DNA from: Anaerolineales bacterium | GTDB taxonomy: Bacteria; Chloroflexota; Anaerolineae; Anaerolineales; UBA4823 | Direction: 5' to 3' | Assembly (NCBI GenBank): GCA_046259385.1 | Contig: JBJYWI010000013.1 | Coordinates: 7,529 to 71,528, forward strand | DNA length: 64,000 bases | Shown here: piece after piece, positions 29,511 to 38,930 of the stretch | Numbering within the stretch: the stretch's first letter is position 1 | Layout: every line of letters begins with the position of its first letter | The notes under the pieces: generated by a model | What the model saw: the letters and a program-made list of their open reading frames with translations, nothing else | The model's database searches: none | What the model was told of the DNA's origin: nothing | Translations under genes and position numbers: made by a program

Positions 29511-30875
29511 ATGAAAGCAAAGCAGGCCTGGCAGGCTGCAAAAGGTCAACTGCAGGTTGAGATGCCGAAAGCCGCTTTCGATACCTGGGTTCGCAATGCG
29601 GAACTCGTTTCTTATGAGGACGGCAGTTTTATTATCGGCGTCCAGAACGCTTACGCACGCGATTGGCTTGAAGGACGCCTGTCAAGCACTGTCAAACGAA
29701 TACTGACCGGTGTAATGAACCGGACCGTGGAAGTCCGGTTCATCGTCTGGCAGGATGAGAATACGTCCTGCGAAGTATTTGACGAGCTCTCCGCTGACGA
29801 AAACTCCGAAAACACAACCCTGGCCACACACAACCCGAGCATAAATCCACGCTATTCGTTCAATAATTTTATCGTTGGTCCGAGCAACCGCCTGGCTCAT
29901 GCAGCCTCCCTCGCAGTTGCAGAAAAACCAGCCCAAGCCTACAATCCGCTGTTTTTATACGGCGGCGTTGGTCTCGGCAAAACCCATCTACTGCATGCAA
30001 TTGGCAATATGTGCTCCGGACAGGGTCTCAACATTCTATACATCTCTTCCGAAGAGTTCACAAACGACCTGGTGGATGCAATCAGAACACATAGAACCCA
30101 TATCTTCCGCGAAAAATATCGCCACATCGATGTGCTACTTATTGATGACATCCAATTTATCGCTGGAAAAGAATCCACCCAGGAGGAATTTTTCCACACT
30201 TTCAATAAACTTCATGGGCAGAATAAACAGATTGTCATATCATCTGATCGCCCGCCAAAAGCTCTGGTAACCCTGCAAGAACGACTTTGCTCTCGATTCG
30301 AATGGGGACTGGCAGCCGATATTCAGCATCCGGATTTTGAAACCAGGCTCGCAATTTTGCGTTCCAAAGCGGAGCGATCAAATTTACATATTTCCAACCA
30401 GGTTCTCGAAAATATTGCCAACCTGGTACAGTCCAACATTCGTGAACTGGAGGGGGCGTTAACCCGGGTATCCGCTTACGCAACCCTGAATGAGCTGCCG
30501 CTTTCTACCGAAATTGTAGAGACTTCCTTAGCTGATTTTTTCAAGAGGAAAAGTGAAGTGAAGCCCGAAAGGATTTTACAGGCTGTCGCGGACGGATTTA
30601 ATGTTGAAGTAGTAGAACTTTCCAGCCGGAATCGGTCAAGGCGAGTCGCACTTCCCCGGCAGGTGGCGATGTACCTGCTGCGCGAAGAAACCGGAATTTC
30701 TTTGCCCCGGATCGGGGATATTTTAGGAGGCAGGGATCATACAACCGTCCTTTACGGATATGAAAAAATTGCAGACCTGCTGGAACGCGACGACCGCCTG
30801 CGCAGCCAGGTTATTCGGATCAGGGAAACGTTATACAATACCAGCCAGGTAAATATTCAAACAAACAAATACTGA
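29511..30875 (+). CDS. dnaA: Chromosomal replication initiator DnaA
   Basis: 454-aa ORF. Walker A LFLYGGVGLGKTHLLHAIGN, Walker B IDVLLIDDIQF, C-terminal DNA-binding domain GGRDHTTVLYGYEKI. GAGGAG lies 5 nt upstream of the ATG. Confidence 0.97.
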   Translation: MKAKQAWQAAKGQLQVEMPKAAFDTWVRNAELVSYEDGSFIIGVQNAYARDWLEGRLSSTVKRILTGVMNRTVEVRFIVWQDENTSCEVFDELSADENSENTTLATHNPSINPRYSFNNFIVGPSNRLAHAASLAVAEKPAQAYNPLFLYGGVGLGKTHLLHAIGNMCSGQGLNILYISSEEFTNDLVDAIRTHRTHIFREKYRHIDVLLIDDIQFIAGKESTQEEFFHTFNKLHGQNKQIVISSDRPPKALVTLQERLCSRFEWGLAADIQHPDFETRLAILRSKAERSNLHISNQVLENIANLVQSNIRELEGALTRVSAYATLNELPLSTEIVETSLADFFKRKSEVKPERILQAVADGFNVEVVELSSRNRSRRVALPRQVAMYLLREETGISLPRIGDILGGRDHTTVLYGYEKIADLLERDDRLRSQVIRIRETLYNTSQVNIQTNKY

Positions 30876-31256
30876 TTCCCTTATCATAATTTTTCTGAAT
30901 TAAATCTCTGCGAGCTGGTAAGCCTTCCGGGTGTTATTGCAATAGAACAATCAGGGGTCAATTGACCGCCGCCTCTTGGGCAGGGCATAGTGGATCCCGT
31001 ACAAGTTTATTTACCAGACCAGGTGAGAATTTGCTTTACTCCAAGATGGGATTCACTGAAAAACCCGGGTAAAAACCACTATTGAAAATACCGCATCGTC
31101 AATTTCAAAGAAACAATTGACTGGACGGCGATAATTTTGTAAACTAGATTAGATAAACAGGTGGAGAGGGATACAGTCATTGCGCAATATCCCTGAAAGC
31201 ATTAATCTCTTTTTTGATTAAGCGCTAGAAGATATTTGTATGGGAGGGTACACAGC

Positions 31257-32864
31257 ATGAACAGTTTCACACAAAATTACCAGATAAAAATTCTCGCTTT
31301 CTGCCTGGCTCTCACCGCCGCAATCCTGGCTTGCAGCTTGGGAGGCGATGTCGCCCAATCACCACAGCTTCAGGAAAGTGCCGCGGGTCAGGAAGAGCCA
31401 GCCCAGAACATACCCGGGGATGTCGCTGAGCAGGAACAGCCTGTAGCTCAAGAAGAGACTGAGATACTGCCCGGTTTAAGCGGGAAAGTGTTATTTAAAG
31501 ATGATTTCCAGGATGGCGATTCAGACGGTTGGAATATCACCTCCTCCTGGAACGTTCAGCAATCAGGCGACGTCTATGTCTTTGGGGCAGCAGGTCGCGG
31601 TGCAGCACTCGTTCCCAGCGGTCTGAACTGGAGCGGTTACATGCTGCGTGCAGACGCCTCCCGTCAGTCAGGAACCCTTGCATTTGGTTTTGACTTTAAC
31701 CGCGATGCGCGCTACCTGGTCCACATCAACAATGATGGGGTGTTCCTTATCAAAGAAAGCCCACCCGATAACTTCACTATTCTGGGACACACGGGACCTA
31801 TTCCAGCCGGCGAGTGGCGCCAGATTACCCTTGGGAGCGCCGGGGGCAAGATCCAGATCTGGGTGGATCAGGAGCTATGGATTGATTACTCGGACCAGGA
31901 ACCTGTCACACAGGGCACAATTGTGATCGGAACCCTGGATGATTCCCAGGCTCTGGTTGATAACGTCCTTGTCGCGCAAGTGTCCGGCTCACTGCCCTCT
32001 TCCGTTCAGATTAACGCCCCCGCACCAATTGTAGAGGCGGAAGAATACGAAGAAGAGCTTCAAGATATCGCCCAGATTATCCCAGTTGAGGAAATTGAAT
32101 TTGCCCTCGCTCCTCCCCAGGAACCCCCGGATGTCCAGGTGGTTGAAGATGAATCCCCGCCTCTGGTAGTGGATGATGAACCCCCCGTTGAAGTTGTGGA
32201 TGACGAGTCCCCATCCGACGTCCAGGTCTATCCCGGACCGGGAGAACCGGACTTGCGCGTCTCAGACATCTCCATCGAACCACGCAACCCTGTCCAGGGC
32301 TCACCGGTTAAAGTACACATTCTTGTCCAGAACATCGGTGAAGTTGATTCGGGGGCATTTAATGTGGTCTGGATGCCAGAAGGAGCCGCTAAACATATCG
32401 GCTGCAGCTGGGATTTTCTGAGTATCAAACCTGCCATGAACAGCGGCAAGGATTGTGACTATCAGGGATATCCTAATGCAGGAGATTACAAGTGGGATTT
32501 AATTATCGACCCCAGTAATGAGATCGACGAATTAAATGAAGCCAACAATTTCAGTTACGGCAGCATCCATGTCGCCAACCTTGTTCCCCTTGCTGCGCCT
32601 ACAAACTGCCGAATCCTTGAATTTACTTCTTCAGAAGTGACAATAGGTTGGGATGCATTGACCGATCCTGCCCGCGAGGGTTTCCACATCTACGCGGCAG
32701 GCAGCAATCTAGTCACAAGCGCTTCATCCAATAAAAGACAAATGAGGATTAAAGGTTTGACGCCAGGGAGGGCATATCAATTTGATGTCCGTGCATTTAA
32801 AGAGCACATGGAAACCCAGCCAGGTTTATGCTCGGTTGAGGTAAATCTGCCGCCTTTGCCTTGA
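31257..32864 (+). CDS. Secreted multidomain lipoprotein (concanavalin/LamG-DUF1080-like domain, acidic linker, CARDB domain, fibronectin type III domain)
   Basis: The track ORF starts at TTG 31236. I prefer ATG 31257, with GGGAGG 8 nt upstream. Lipobox LTAAILAC. LFKDDFQDGDSDGWN...VDNVLV is lectin/glucanase-like. The acidic repeats are VVEDESPPLVVDDEPPVEVVDDESP. DLRVSDISIEPRNPVQGSPVKVHILVQNIG...NEIDELNEANN is CARDB. SSEVTIGWDAL...GLTPGRAYQFDVRAF is FN3. Confidence 0.7.
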   Translation: MNSFTQNYQIKILAFCLALTAAILACSLGGDVAQSPQLQESAAGQEEPAQNIPGDVAEQEQPVAQEETEILPGLSGKVLFKDDFQDGDSDGWNITSSWNVQQSGDVYVFGAAGRGAALVPSGLNWSGYMLRADASRQSGTLAFGFDFNRDARYLVHINNDGVFLIKESPPDNFTILGHTGPIPAGEWRQITLGSAGGKIQIWVDQELWIDYSDQEPVTQGTIVIGTLDDSQALVDNVLVAQVSGSLPSSVQINAPAPIVEAEEYEEELQDIAQIIPVEEIEFALAPPQEPPDVQVVEDESPPLVVDDEPPVEVVDDESPSDVQVYPGPGEPDLRVSDISIEPRNPVQGSPVKVHILVQNIGEVDSGAFNVVWMPEGAAKHIGCSWDFLSIKPAMNSGKDCDYQGYPNAGDYKWDLIIDPSNEIDELNEANNFSYGSIHVANLVPLAAPTNCRILEFTSSEVTIGWDALTDPAREGFHIYAAGSNLVTSASSNKRQMRIKGLTPGRAYQFDVRAFKEHMETQPGLCSVEVNLPPLP

Positions 32865-33047
32865 GCGGCGAGTAAATCTTTGGCGTTGCATTGCTACCGC
32901 TGGCAGAGATATTTTCCGTTCAGGTTACACTCCCACCATAAGTAACGGGACGCCTTTTAGAAACCGCTCTGGAGTCGTTAATCCACTTCACTTCTGGAAT
33001 CGCAGATTGGATTCCAGGGACCTCAAATTCATGGTTGGATATATTCC

Positions 33048-34208
33048 TTAACTCTTATCGTTGCTTTTAGTTTCGCTGACTGGTTCTTTTTCCCACCAGC
33101 GCACTCTGGGATCAGGCAGCTTTGGCGGAGAAGTCTCCGGGAACGGGTCAAGATCAAACAGGTTGGCGTAAATATACCTCACCAGCACACGCGCTGTCGC
33201 AATTGTCGGTGCAGCCAAGAATATACCCAGCACTCCGGCAACCAGCGCACCGGTCACGATCCCCATAATCACCACCAGTGGGTGCAGTTGGACCCTGCGC
33301 CCGATAACACGCGGGAGCAGATAGTTCAGGTCAAATTGCTGGAAAATGATGTGCAGACCGATCACGACCAGGGCGAAGACCCAATTCGGGATTGGCAGCC
33401 ATGCCGATCCAAGGAAAAGCGATAAAATTGAGGCGATTGTCAGCCAGATCCCGTGCCCGATGCTCGGAAACAACTCCAGAAAACCAGCTAGAACGCCCAT
33501 AGCGAGCGCAAACGGCAGCCCAATAACCAATCCCCCTATTGTGAAAATGATCGCCACCACCAGAGCCAGCAGTATCTGCCCTCTGAAGAAGGCGTTCCAG
33601 ATCTGGGTAATCTCATTTCGCAGCCTCTTAAAATCAGCCTGGTATCCAACCGGGGTGATTTTTTCCAGCCAGGAGACAACTTTCCAGCCATCAAGCACCA
33701 GATAAAAAGATACAACAATTACAAAGACCACCCATACCAGCGAGGTGATCAAATCGATCGCATAACTGAGAGTCTGCCCTACAAACGGTTCAAAAACAGC
33801 CACGATCGAACCGGACACCTGCGCGTATATCTGCTCCAGGTCGATCACATACCCGGCAACATCATACCTTCGAGCAAGTATAGATTCTATTTGTCCGATT
33901 ATTTGCTGAAAATCCAGGTTGAGTTCCGTCGACTGCGCCGTCAGGGGGGGCACAATAATCAGCGGGATGGATACTATAATAACCCCTGCCACGATGTAAG
34001 AAAGCAGTGCCGCCAGACTGCGCCGGATTTTCAGCCTGGATTGAAACCAGCCCGCCAGCGGTGAAAGCACATAAGCGATCACCAGTGCCAGGAGGATCGG
34101 GCCAATTGCAGCCCGGAAGATATATATTAGGTATATCCCAAAAGCCAGCAACAGCAAGCTGACGGTCAGTTTCGTCCTCGAAGACCAGCGCGGTCTCTGT
34201 TCCTCCAT
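33048..34208 (-). CDS. AI-2E family transporter (PerM/UPF0118)
   Basis: 386-aa ORF with about 8 TM. The C-terminal core FLELFPSIGHGIW...PLVVIMGIVTGALVAGVLGIFLAAP is typical of AI-2E/PerM permeases. Confidence 0.85.
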   Translation of the reverse strand: MEEQRPRWSSRTKLTVSLLLLAFGIYLIYIFRAAIGPILLALVIAYVLSPLAGWFQSRLKIRRSLAALLSYIVAGVIIVSIPLIIVPPLTAQSTELNLDFQQIIGQIESILARRYDVAGYVIDLEQIYAQVSGSIVAVFEPFVGQTLSYAIDLITSLVWVVFVIVVSFYLVLDGWKVVSWLEKITPVGYQADFKRLRNEITQIWNAFFRGQILLALVVAIIFTIGGLVIGLPFALAMGVLAGFLELFPSIGHGIWLTIASILSLFLGSAWLPIPNWVFALVVIGLHIIFQQFDLNYLLPRVIGRRVQLHPLVVIMGIVTGALVAGVLGIFLAAPTIATARVLVRYIYANLFDLDPFPETSPPKLPDPRVRWWEKEPVSETKSNDKS

Positions 34209-34261
34209 AATTACATTCTAGCCGGATAACTCCAAAATGACAAACCCTAGGATATTGACTT

Positions 34262-34303
34262 AAACACAAACCCGGCTCAATCAATTTCTTCTCTTGAGCC
34301 GGG
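34262..34303 (-). terminator. Probable rho-independent terminator after the 76-aa gene
   Basis: 10-bp stem cccggctcaa (34271-34280) / ttgagccggg (34294-34303). On the minus strand it is followed by TTTGTGTTT. Confidence 0.55.
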
Positions 34304-34332
34304 TTGGTCTTATTAGCTAACCTGATTTTAAG

Positions 34333-34563
34333 TTAGAACAGCGGGTTTAAATAATTAAAATACACAGACAATCCTAAGAGAACGACAAAGAAGGTGCCCG
34401 CCAGGATCCCGATTCTTTTGAGGTCCTTGATCGTGTCAGAGTAATCCGGGTTGAACTCAGATTCGTTTTTTCTGGTTTTTGCCTCTCTTGACACTGCCGC
34501 TCCCTCAGAGCGGCTGGTCGACCGGCTTCTTCGTGTTTGCCTTTTTCTTGTCTTTTTGCTCAT
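34333..34563 (-). CDS. Hypothetical 76-aa protein: very basic Ser/Arg/Lys-rich N-terminus plus a single C-terminal TM helix (tail-anchored topology)
   Basis: MSKKTRKRQTRRSRSTSRSEGAAVSREAKTRKNE... then IGILAGTFFVVLLGLSVYF. GAGGAA lies 5 nt upstream of the ATG. It is bracketed by a candidate promoter and a hairpin terminator. Confidence 0.45.
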   Translation of the reverse strand: MSKKTRKRQTRRSRSTSRSEGAAVSREAKTRKNESEFNPDYSDTIKDLKRIGILAGTFFVVLLGLSVYFNYLNPLF

Positions 34564-34618
34564 TTTTTGTTCCTCATATCTGGTCTGGCAGCGGATCCAA
34601 CTGTTTACAACGGGCTGG

Positions 34619-34648
34619 ATTATACCTCAAATCAAAACCTTTCTGCAA
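34619..34648 (-). promoter_or_regulatory. Candidate sigma70-type promoter for the 76-aa gene
   Basis: Minus strand reads TTGCAG, an 18-nt spacer, then TATAAT (-35 at 34643-34648, -10 at 34619-34624). It lies about 55 nt upstream of the ATG at 34563. Confidence 0.3.
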
Positions 34649-34682
34649 AAATAGTAAACCCCAGGGAGGGCATTCCGTCTCT

Positions 34683-35171
34683 TCATAATTCTTTCGGGCG
34701 GTAGATGCGCACAAGTTCGCCGCGTGTCTCGGACGACAGTTCTCTCCAGCTTGTGATCGGCAGCGAGATGACCGCTAATGCTGCTGTTGGCATCCGCTCA
34801 AATTCATCCGTCAACATTTCCAGCAAATCCTCAAGCCCTGGATTGTGGCCCACAACCATCACTCGTTCGTATTGATCCGGCAGGACATTCAGGGTTTCAA
34901 TATAAGCGTCCGGCCAGGCTGCATACAAATCTCTCTCATACACGATTTCACAATCAAAACCTGCCTCTTCGACTAGCAATTCTGTGGTTTTGCATGCTCG
35001 CTTTGCGGAAGAGGATATTATAAGATCCGGAAAAAGTTCTTCTTTGACCATCAATTCTCCCATGCGCGGAGCGTCTCGTTTACCGCGTTTTTGCAACGGT
35101 CGATCATGGTCAGGTATCCCGCTATCCTTCCAGCTCGATTTTGCATGTCTGAGCAAAAATAAAATTTTCAT
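34683..35171 (-). CDS. sixA: Histidine phosphatase family protein, SixA-type phosphohistidine phosphatase
   Basis: The track ORF extends to 35351, but that extension overlaps the upstream ATPase gene. The conserved family start is MKILFLLRHAKSSW (the RHG-type catalytic motif) at ATG 35169-35171. VVGHNPGLEDL appears later. Confidence 0.75.
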   Translation of the reverse strand: MKILFLLRHAKSSWKDSGIPDHDRPLQKRGKRDAPRMGELMVKEELFPDLIISSSAKRACKTTELLVEEAGFDCEIVYERDLYAAWPDAYIETLNVLPDQYERVMVVGHNPGLEDLLEMLTDEFERMPTAALAVISLPITSWRELSSETRGELVRIYRPKEL

Positions 35172-35208
35172 ATCCGCCTCGTTAAACCATTTTGCTGTAG
35201 ATAATCGC

Positions 35209-37710
35209 TCATTCACCCTCACCGTAACCAGGCAATGCCTCCAGTCCGCCCCCAACAGAAACCAGATGGTAAGGTGTCCATGCAATCCCAAACATATCCA
35301 GTATGACATCTTTTTTATAAGGTGCGAACGGGATCTCTTCCACATCTTCAATAATATCCAGCCATTTTCCTTTTATCTCTTCGAGCGCCTCATCCCGTTC
35401 TTCCTTTAGCTCCTCGATATCCTTCTTAAAATCCTCAATCGCGTCACGCGATTCATCTACATCCGCTTTGGCTTTGGCTGTCATGCGCCGTTTAGACAGG
35501 GAAGTTGACAATTGTCGCTTGCGGCCTCCAAACAGACTGATCACTGTTTCAGCATAAGTTCCGTATTCTTCCATTTTCCGGTGTGAGAGTTCCGCCTCAT
35601 CCTCCTCCAGTTCCTGCTGCTCGCGCTCTATCCGGTCCATCAGCTGCTGCACTTTTTTTTCAAAGGAGGCGCTTGTCTTCTTTGCATCCGCTTCAAACAA
35701 TTCCTCAGCCGCATCCTCACACATTTTTCGAAATTCCTCCTCAGACACTTCTGGTCCAGCGTACACTTTCAGCTTGTCGTTTGCCCTTACAATCACCTCG
35801 CTGGAATGGTAAGCCCAATCCAGAAAATCGGATTTGATACTCGCCAGAATTTTTGAATCGGTCAACGGCGCTTCCAGGCTTTCAAACCTTGCATCTGGGG
35901 TTGGTTTTCGGTCCATCTTTTGTTCTTCGAAACCTGGTGTGAGGTGGTCATCCCAGCGCACGTTCCCGCGCCGGTCAGGATCGGAGACCAGAACCGCCCG
36001 GTAAACCTCGCTGTCCAAGTTGTATTTCCGGTTGCGGTAGCGGATGAATGCCTGTGCTAGAAGCGCCGGCCGGTAAATAAATCCTTTACTTTGTGCTTCT
36101 TCTGGGACCTCTTTCCCAGAAAACTTAAAAGCCTTGGACAGGGTCAGGTTATTGGGCAGGAAAAATTCATCAACTCTTGCTGGAACAGCAGGCCGGGTAA
36201 GCGAGCTGGCCAATTCTTCTTCGGGTCGTTCACGGGCTGGACGCTTAGTTTCCGCAACAGTTCTTTCTGCCTTTTTATCAGTTTCTGCTTCCTCAGAGAT
36301 CAACCCGGCCGCGCCAGCTATCTCGTTCAACGCGGGTATCTGGGTGCGCGTTAATGGTCCGGTCAGATAATTCATCGCCCAACGGGTGTAGAAAATCTGC
36401 GGCTTTTTCTCGTGCACGTTCTTCACCAGAAATACGCGTTTCCCCAACGCTGAAATCAATTTATCCAGCTCTCTTCGGTTCATGTCCCCAGCTATAACGC
36501 CCTCCAGACCGTCTAACAGGCGCTGTTTATCCTGGTCGGTCTGCAGTTTTCCTATAAACCATGTGCCGGCGTTTGACAGCGCTTTGTAATCAATATCAAC
36601 CGGGTTCTGGGTAACAAGCATCTGCCCGACTCCAAAGGCGCGCGCTTGCTTTAACATGCGCAGCATTGGCTCTTTTGAAGGGGGATTCCCAATCGGCGGT
36701 AGATAACCAAAAATCTCATCAAAGTAAACAATCGCCCGCAGGGATGTAGTTCCGCTCTGTGAACGCATCCAGGATTCGACTGCAGAATACAACAGGGTCA
36801 CAAAAAACATCCGTTCAGCGTCATTCAGGTGAGCGATATAAAAAACGCTGTGGCGCGGTTTTCCATCTGGGCTGTACAGCAGGCTGGAAACCTCCAAGGG
36901 CTGGCCTTCAATCCATGTCTGGAATGCAGGAGATGCCAGGATGTTATTGAGCAGCATAGCCAGTTCAAAGCGGTCTTTTTGAGGGAAAAATGTATCGACA
37001 TCAAACACGCCCAGTTTCGAAATCGGCGGGTTTTGAGTCTGCATGATCAATTCGCCCAGATCAAGATCGTTGCCCTGGCTCCAGGCGTGTTCGAATATAT
37101 TTGAAAGCAGGATATGTTCACGAGAACGAACCGGATCGATATCTTCCAGTCCAACCAGGCCAAGAAGTGCAGTGACCGTACTAGAGATCTGTTCCCGGAG
37201 CAGTTCACGGTTTTCTTCCCAGGCGATATCGGGTACCTCAAGCGAAGCCAGGATGCTGACCGGCAGCCCGCTGTCAGAGCCGGGTGTGTACACAGCAAAA
37301 TTCACTGATTCCTCCAGGGCTTCGATTCGCTCCTTGCCAATACCCCATTGTGCCAGTCCATTTTGCCAAAGCGCGGAGGCATCCTGGGCGGCTTCTTCGA
37401 TTGACTTTCCTTCACGGCGGGCATCATCCGGGTTAACCCAGGGTTGGAAATCCTGCGGGGCCAGGTTCGGAAAATGGAGCAAAGCGTTGGTGATATCGCC
37501 TTTTGGGTCTATCATGAGAGCGGGAATCCGCTGCAGAGCTGCTTCTTCAAGCAGGTCGATACACAGGCCGGTTTTTCCCGAGCCGGTCATGCCAACCACA
37601 ACCCCGTGAGTTGTAAGGTCCTCGGGATCGTAAAGCAGCAACTCTTCAGTGACTTCTTTTCCCTTTAAGTCGTAGATTTTTCCAAGATAAAACTTTCCAT
37701 CAGTATCCAT
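35209..37710 (-). CDS. HerA/FtsK-like (DUF87/DUF853-type) P-loop NTPase with a long C-terminal charged coiled-coil region
   Basis: 833-aa ORF. Walker A VVGMTGSGKTG, Walker B-like AIVYFDEIFGY, and MLVTQNPVDIDYKALSNAGTWFIGKLQTDQDKQRL. The C-terminal roughly 350 aa contain no motif I recognise and have an E/K/D-rich end. Confidence 0.7.
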   Translation of the reverse strand: MDTDGKFYLGKIYDLKGKEVTEELLLYDPEDLTTHGVVVGMTGSGKTGLCIDLLEEAALQRIPALMIDPKGDITNALLHFPNLAPQDFQPWVNPDDARREGKSIEEAAQDASALWQNGLAQWGIGKERIEALEESVNFAVYTPGSDSGLPVSILASLEVPDIAWEENRELLREQISSTVTALLGLVGLEDIDPVRSREHILLSNIFEHAWSQGNDLDLGELIMQTQNPPISKLGVFDVDTFFPQKDRFELAMLLNNILASPAFQTWIEGQPLEVSSLLYSPDGKPRHSVFYIAHLNDAERMFFVTLLYSAVESWMRSQSGTTSLRAIVYFDEIFGYLPPIGNPPSKEPMLRMLKQARAFGVGQMLVTQNPVDIDYKALSNAGTWFIGKLQTDQDKQRLLDGLEGVIAGDMNRRELDKLISALGKRVFLVKNVHEKKPQIFYTRWAMNYLTGPLTRTQIPALNEIAGAAGLISEEAETDKKAERTVAETKRPARERPEEELASSLTRPAVPARVDEFFLPNNLTLSKAFKFSGKEVPEEAQSKGFIYRPALLAQAFIRYRNRKYNLDSEVYRAVLVSDPDRRGNVRWDDHLTPGFEEQKMDRKPTPDARFESLEAPLTDSKILASIKSDFLDWAYHSSEVIVRANDKLKVYAGPEVSEEEFRKMCEDAAEELFEADAKKTSASFEKKVQQLMDRIEREQQELEEDEAELSHRKMEEYGTYAETVISLFGGRKRQLSTSLSKRRMTAKAKADVDESRDAIEDFKKDIEELKEERDEALEEIKGKWLDIIEDVEEIPFAPYKKDVILDMFGIAWTPYHLVSVGGGLEALPGYGEGE

Positions 37711-37825
37711 TCATTTTCTCCATCAATTAATCAATAATTGCAAATTCACGAGGTGCTTCACTATTCTACGTCGTGAAGGTCGTTTCGCCAAGCTTTTCGC
37801 ATTTCTTGGAATATAAATTCCAATC

Positions 37826-38926
37826 TCAATGGGAAGCCCGTGATTTTATGAATACACGCCCAAATTCCTGTTCGTATTTTTTAGCGAAATCCTTGCTGTG
37901 AATAATTATCACGTTTTCATCATTCACAGTTTCAGCATTAACGCTGAAATTATAAGAACCGGTGATGACAATACTCTCATCTATGATGATGATTTTATGA
38001 TGCATTTTATTTTCATTGCCATCCAGGCGCACATCCAGACCGGCTGAGAGCAGATTGTAGAATTCCGTTCCGGCATTCGCCCTGGATTGACCTTCATCGA
38101 AAACGCCTCTCACCTGTACCCCATGCCGGGAGCTGGCGACCATCGCATCCGCCAGTTCATCGAGCGTAAATGAATAAGCCAGAAAGTCGATGCTTTCCCT
38201 CGCATTCTGGATCAACTGCTTGATACGGTGTGCCGGGTGGTCCTCGGGTGAAAAATAAGTCTCGACATTAACCCCGTTTACATTACTAAACTGGTTGGGA
38301 GTATTCGCCGGAGAACCCGGCCCAAAGCGGTCTTCCAGGAACATTTCCTCAAACTCCACTGTGTAATTTTCCGCGATGGGAGCGGATTTGAGGTGCAACA
38401 AGTTGTTATCATGGTAATAAGCGCCCATTACACTCAAGTTAATCGAGCCCGTCCAGACTTCCTGGCGGTCAATTACAACAAACTTATTGTGCATGCGCCC
38501 TTCTCTCCGGTCTCCTAGGACCGGGATACCCGCTTCCTTTAATTCAATAATCTCATCCACGTCCAGGTTATCGCTCTCTGTCACTACCCGTACCGGAACA
38601 CCGCGCCTGTGAGTCTCTATCAATGCATCCCGGATGCTCCATAAATTCAGGAAATGCATAGCCATATCCACGCTGACACGCGCTTTCCGGATGCTTTCCG
38701 CTAGCGCTTCATCTGGACCACCACGGTAATTCGAACCTGTAGTGCTGTCTGGGTCGCTGAAATAAACCGAAAGCCAATCCGGGGATTCCGGTTTGAGCTC
38801 AGCCATCGCTGTGGGCAGGGGTTGATCCCTGATTAACAAATTATCACAGGCAGCTGCAGTTAGCAAAACTGCTGTCAACATACCTGCGATAATTTGTTTC
38901 ACAACTGCGCGTAATATTAATAGCAT
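37826..38926 (-). CDS. Phospholipase D-family lipoprotein (two HKD motifs; PLD/Nuc-like)
   Basis: The track ORF reaches 38971. I prefer ATG 38924-38926, which gives a normal-length lipoprotein signal peptide MLLILRAVVKQIIAGMLTAVLLTAAAC. HKD motifs: HNKFVVIDRQEVWTGSINLS and HHKIIIIDESIVITGSYNFS. Confidence 0.8.
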   Translation of the reverse strand: MLLILRAVVKQIIAGMLTAVLLTAAACDNLLIRDQPLPTAMAELKPESPDWLSVYFSDPDSTTGSNYRGGPDEALAESIRKARVSVDMAMHFLNLWSIRDALIETHRRGVPVRVVTESDNLDVDEIIELKEAGIPVLGDRREGRMHNKFVVIDRQEVWTGSINLSVMGAYYHDNNLLHLKSAPIAENYTVEFEEMFLEDRFGPGSPANTPNQFSNVNGVNVETYFSPEDHPAHRIKQLIQNARESIDFLAYSFTLDELADAMVASSRHGVQVRGVFDEGQSRANAGTEFYNLLSAGLDVRLDGNENKMHHKIIIIDESIVITGSYNFSVNAETVNDENVIIIHSKDFAKKYEQEFGRVFIKSRASH

Positions 38927-38930
38927 ATTT

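Noticed and set aside
35172-35351. N-terminal 60-codon extension of the sixA ORF
   Set aside because: It overlaps the 3' end of the ATPase gene. The conserved family N-terminus (MKILFLLRHAKS) begins at the internal ATG at 35171.
35209-38926. PLD-family protein plus HerA-like ATPase read as a nuclease/ATPase anti-phage pair
   Set aside because: The PLD protein has a clear lipoprotein signal peptide and lipobox (LLTAAAC), so it should be exported and cannot act on cytoplasmic DNA. The genes are separated by 115 nt. The surroundings are housekeeping rather than a defence island. The ATPase is kept as a separate finding.
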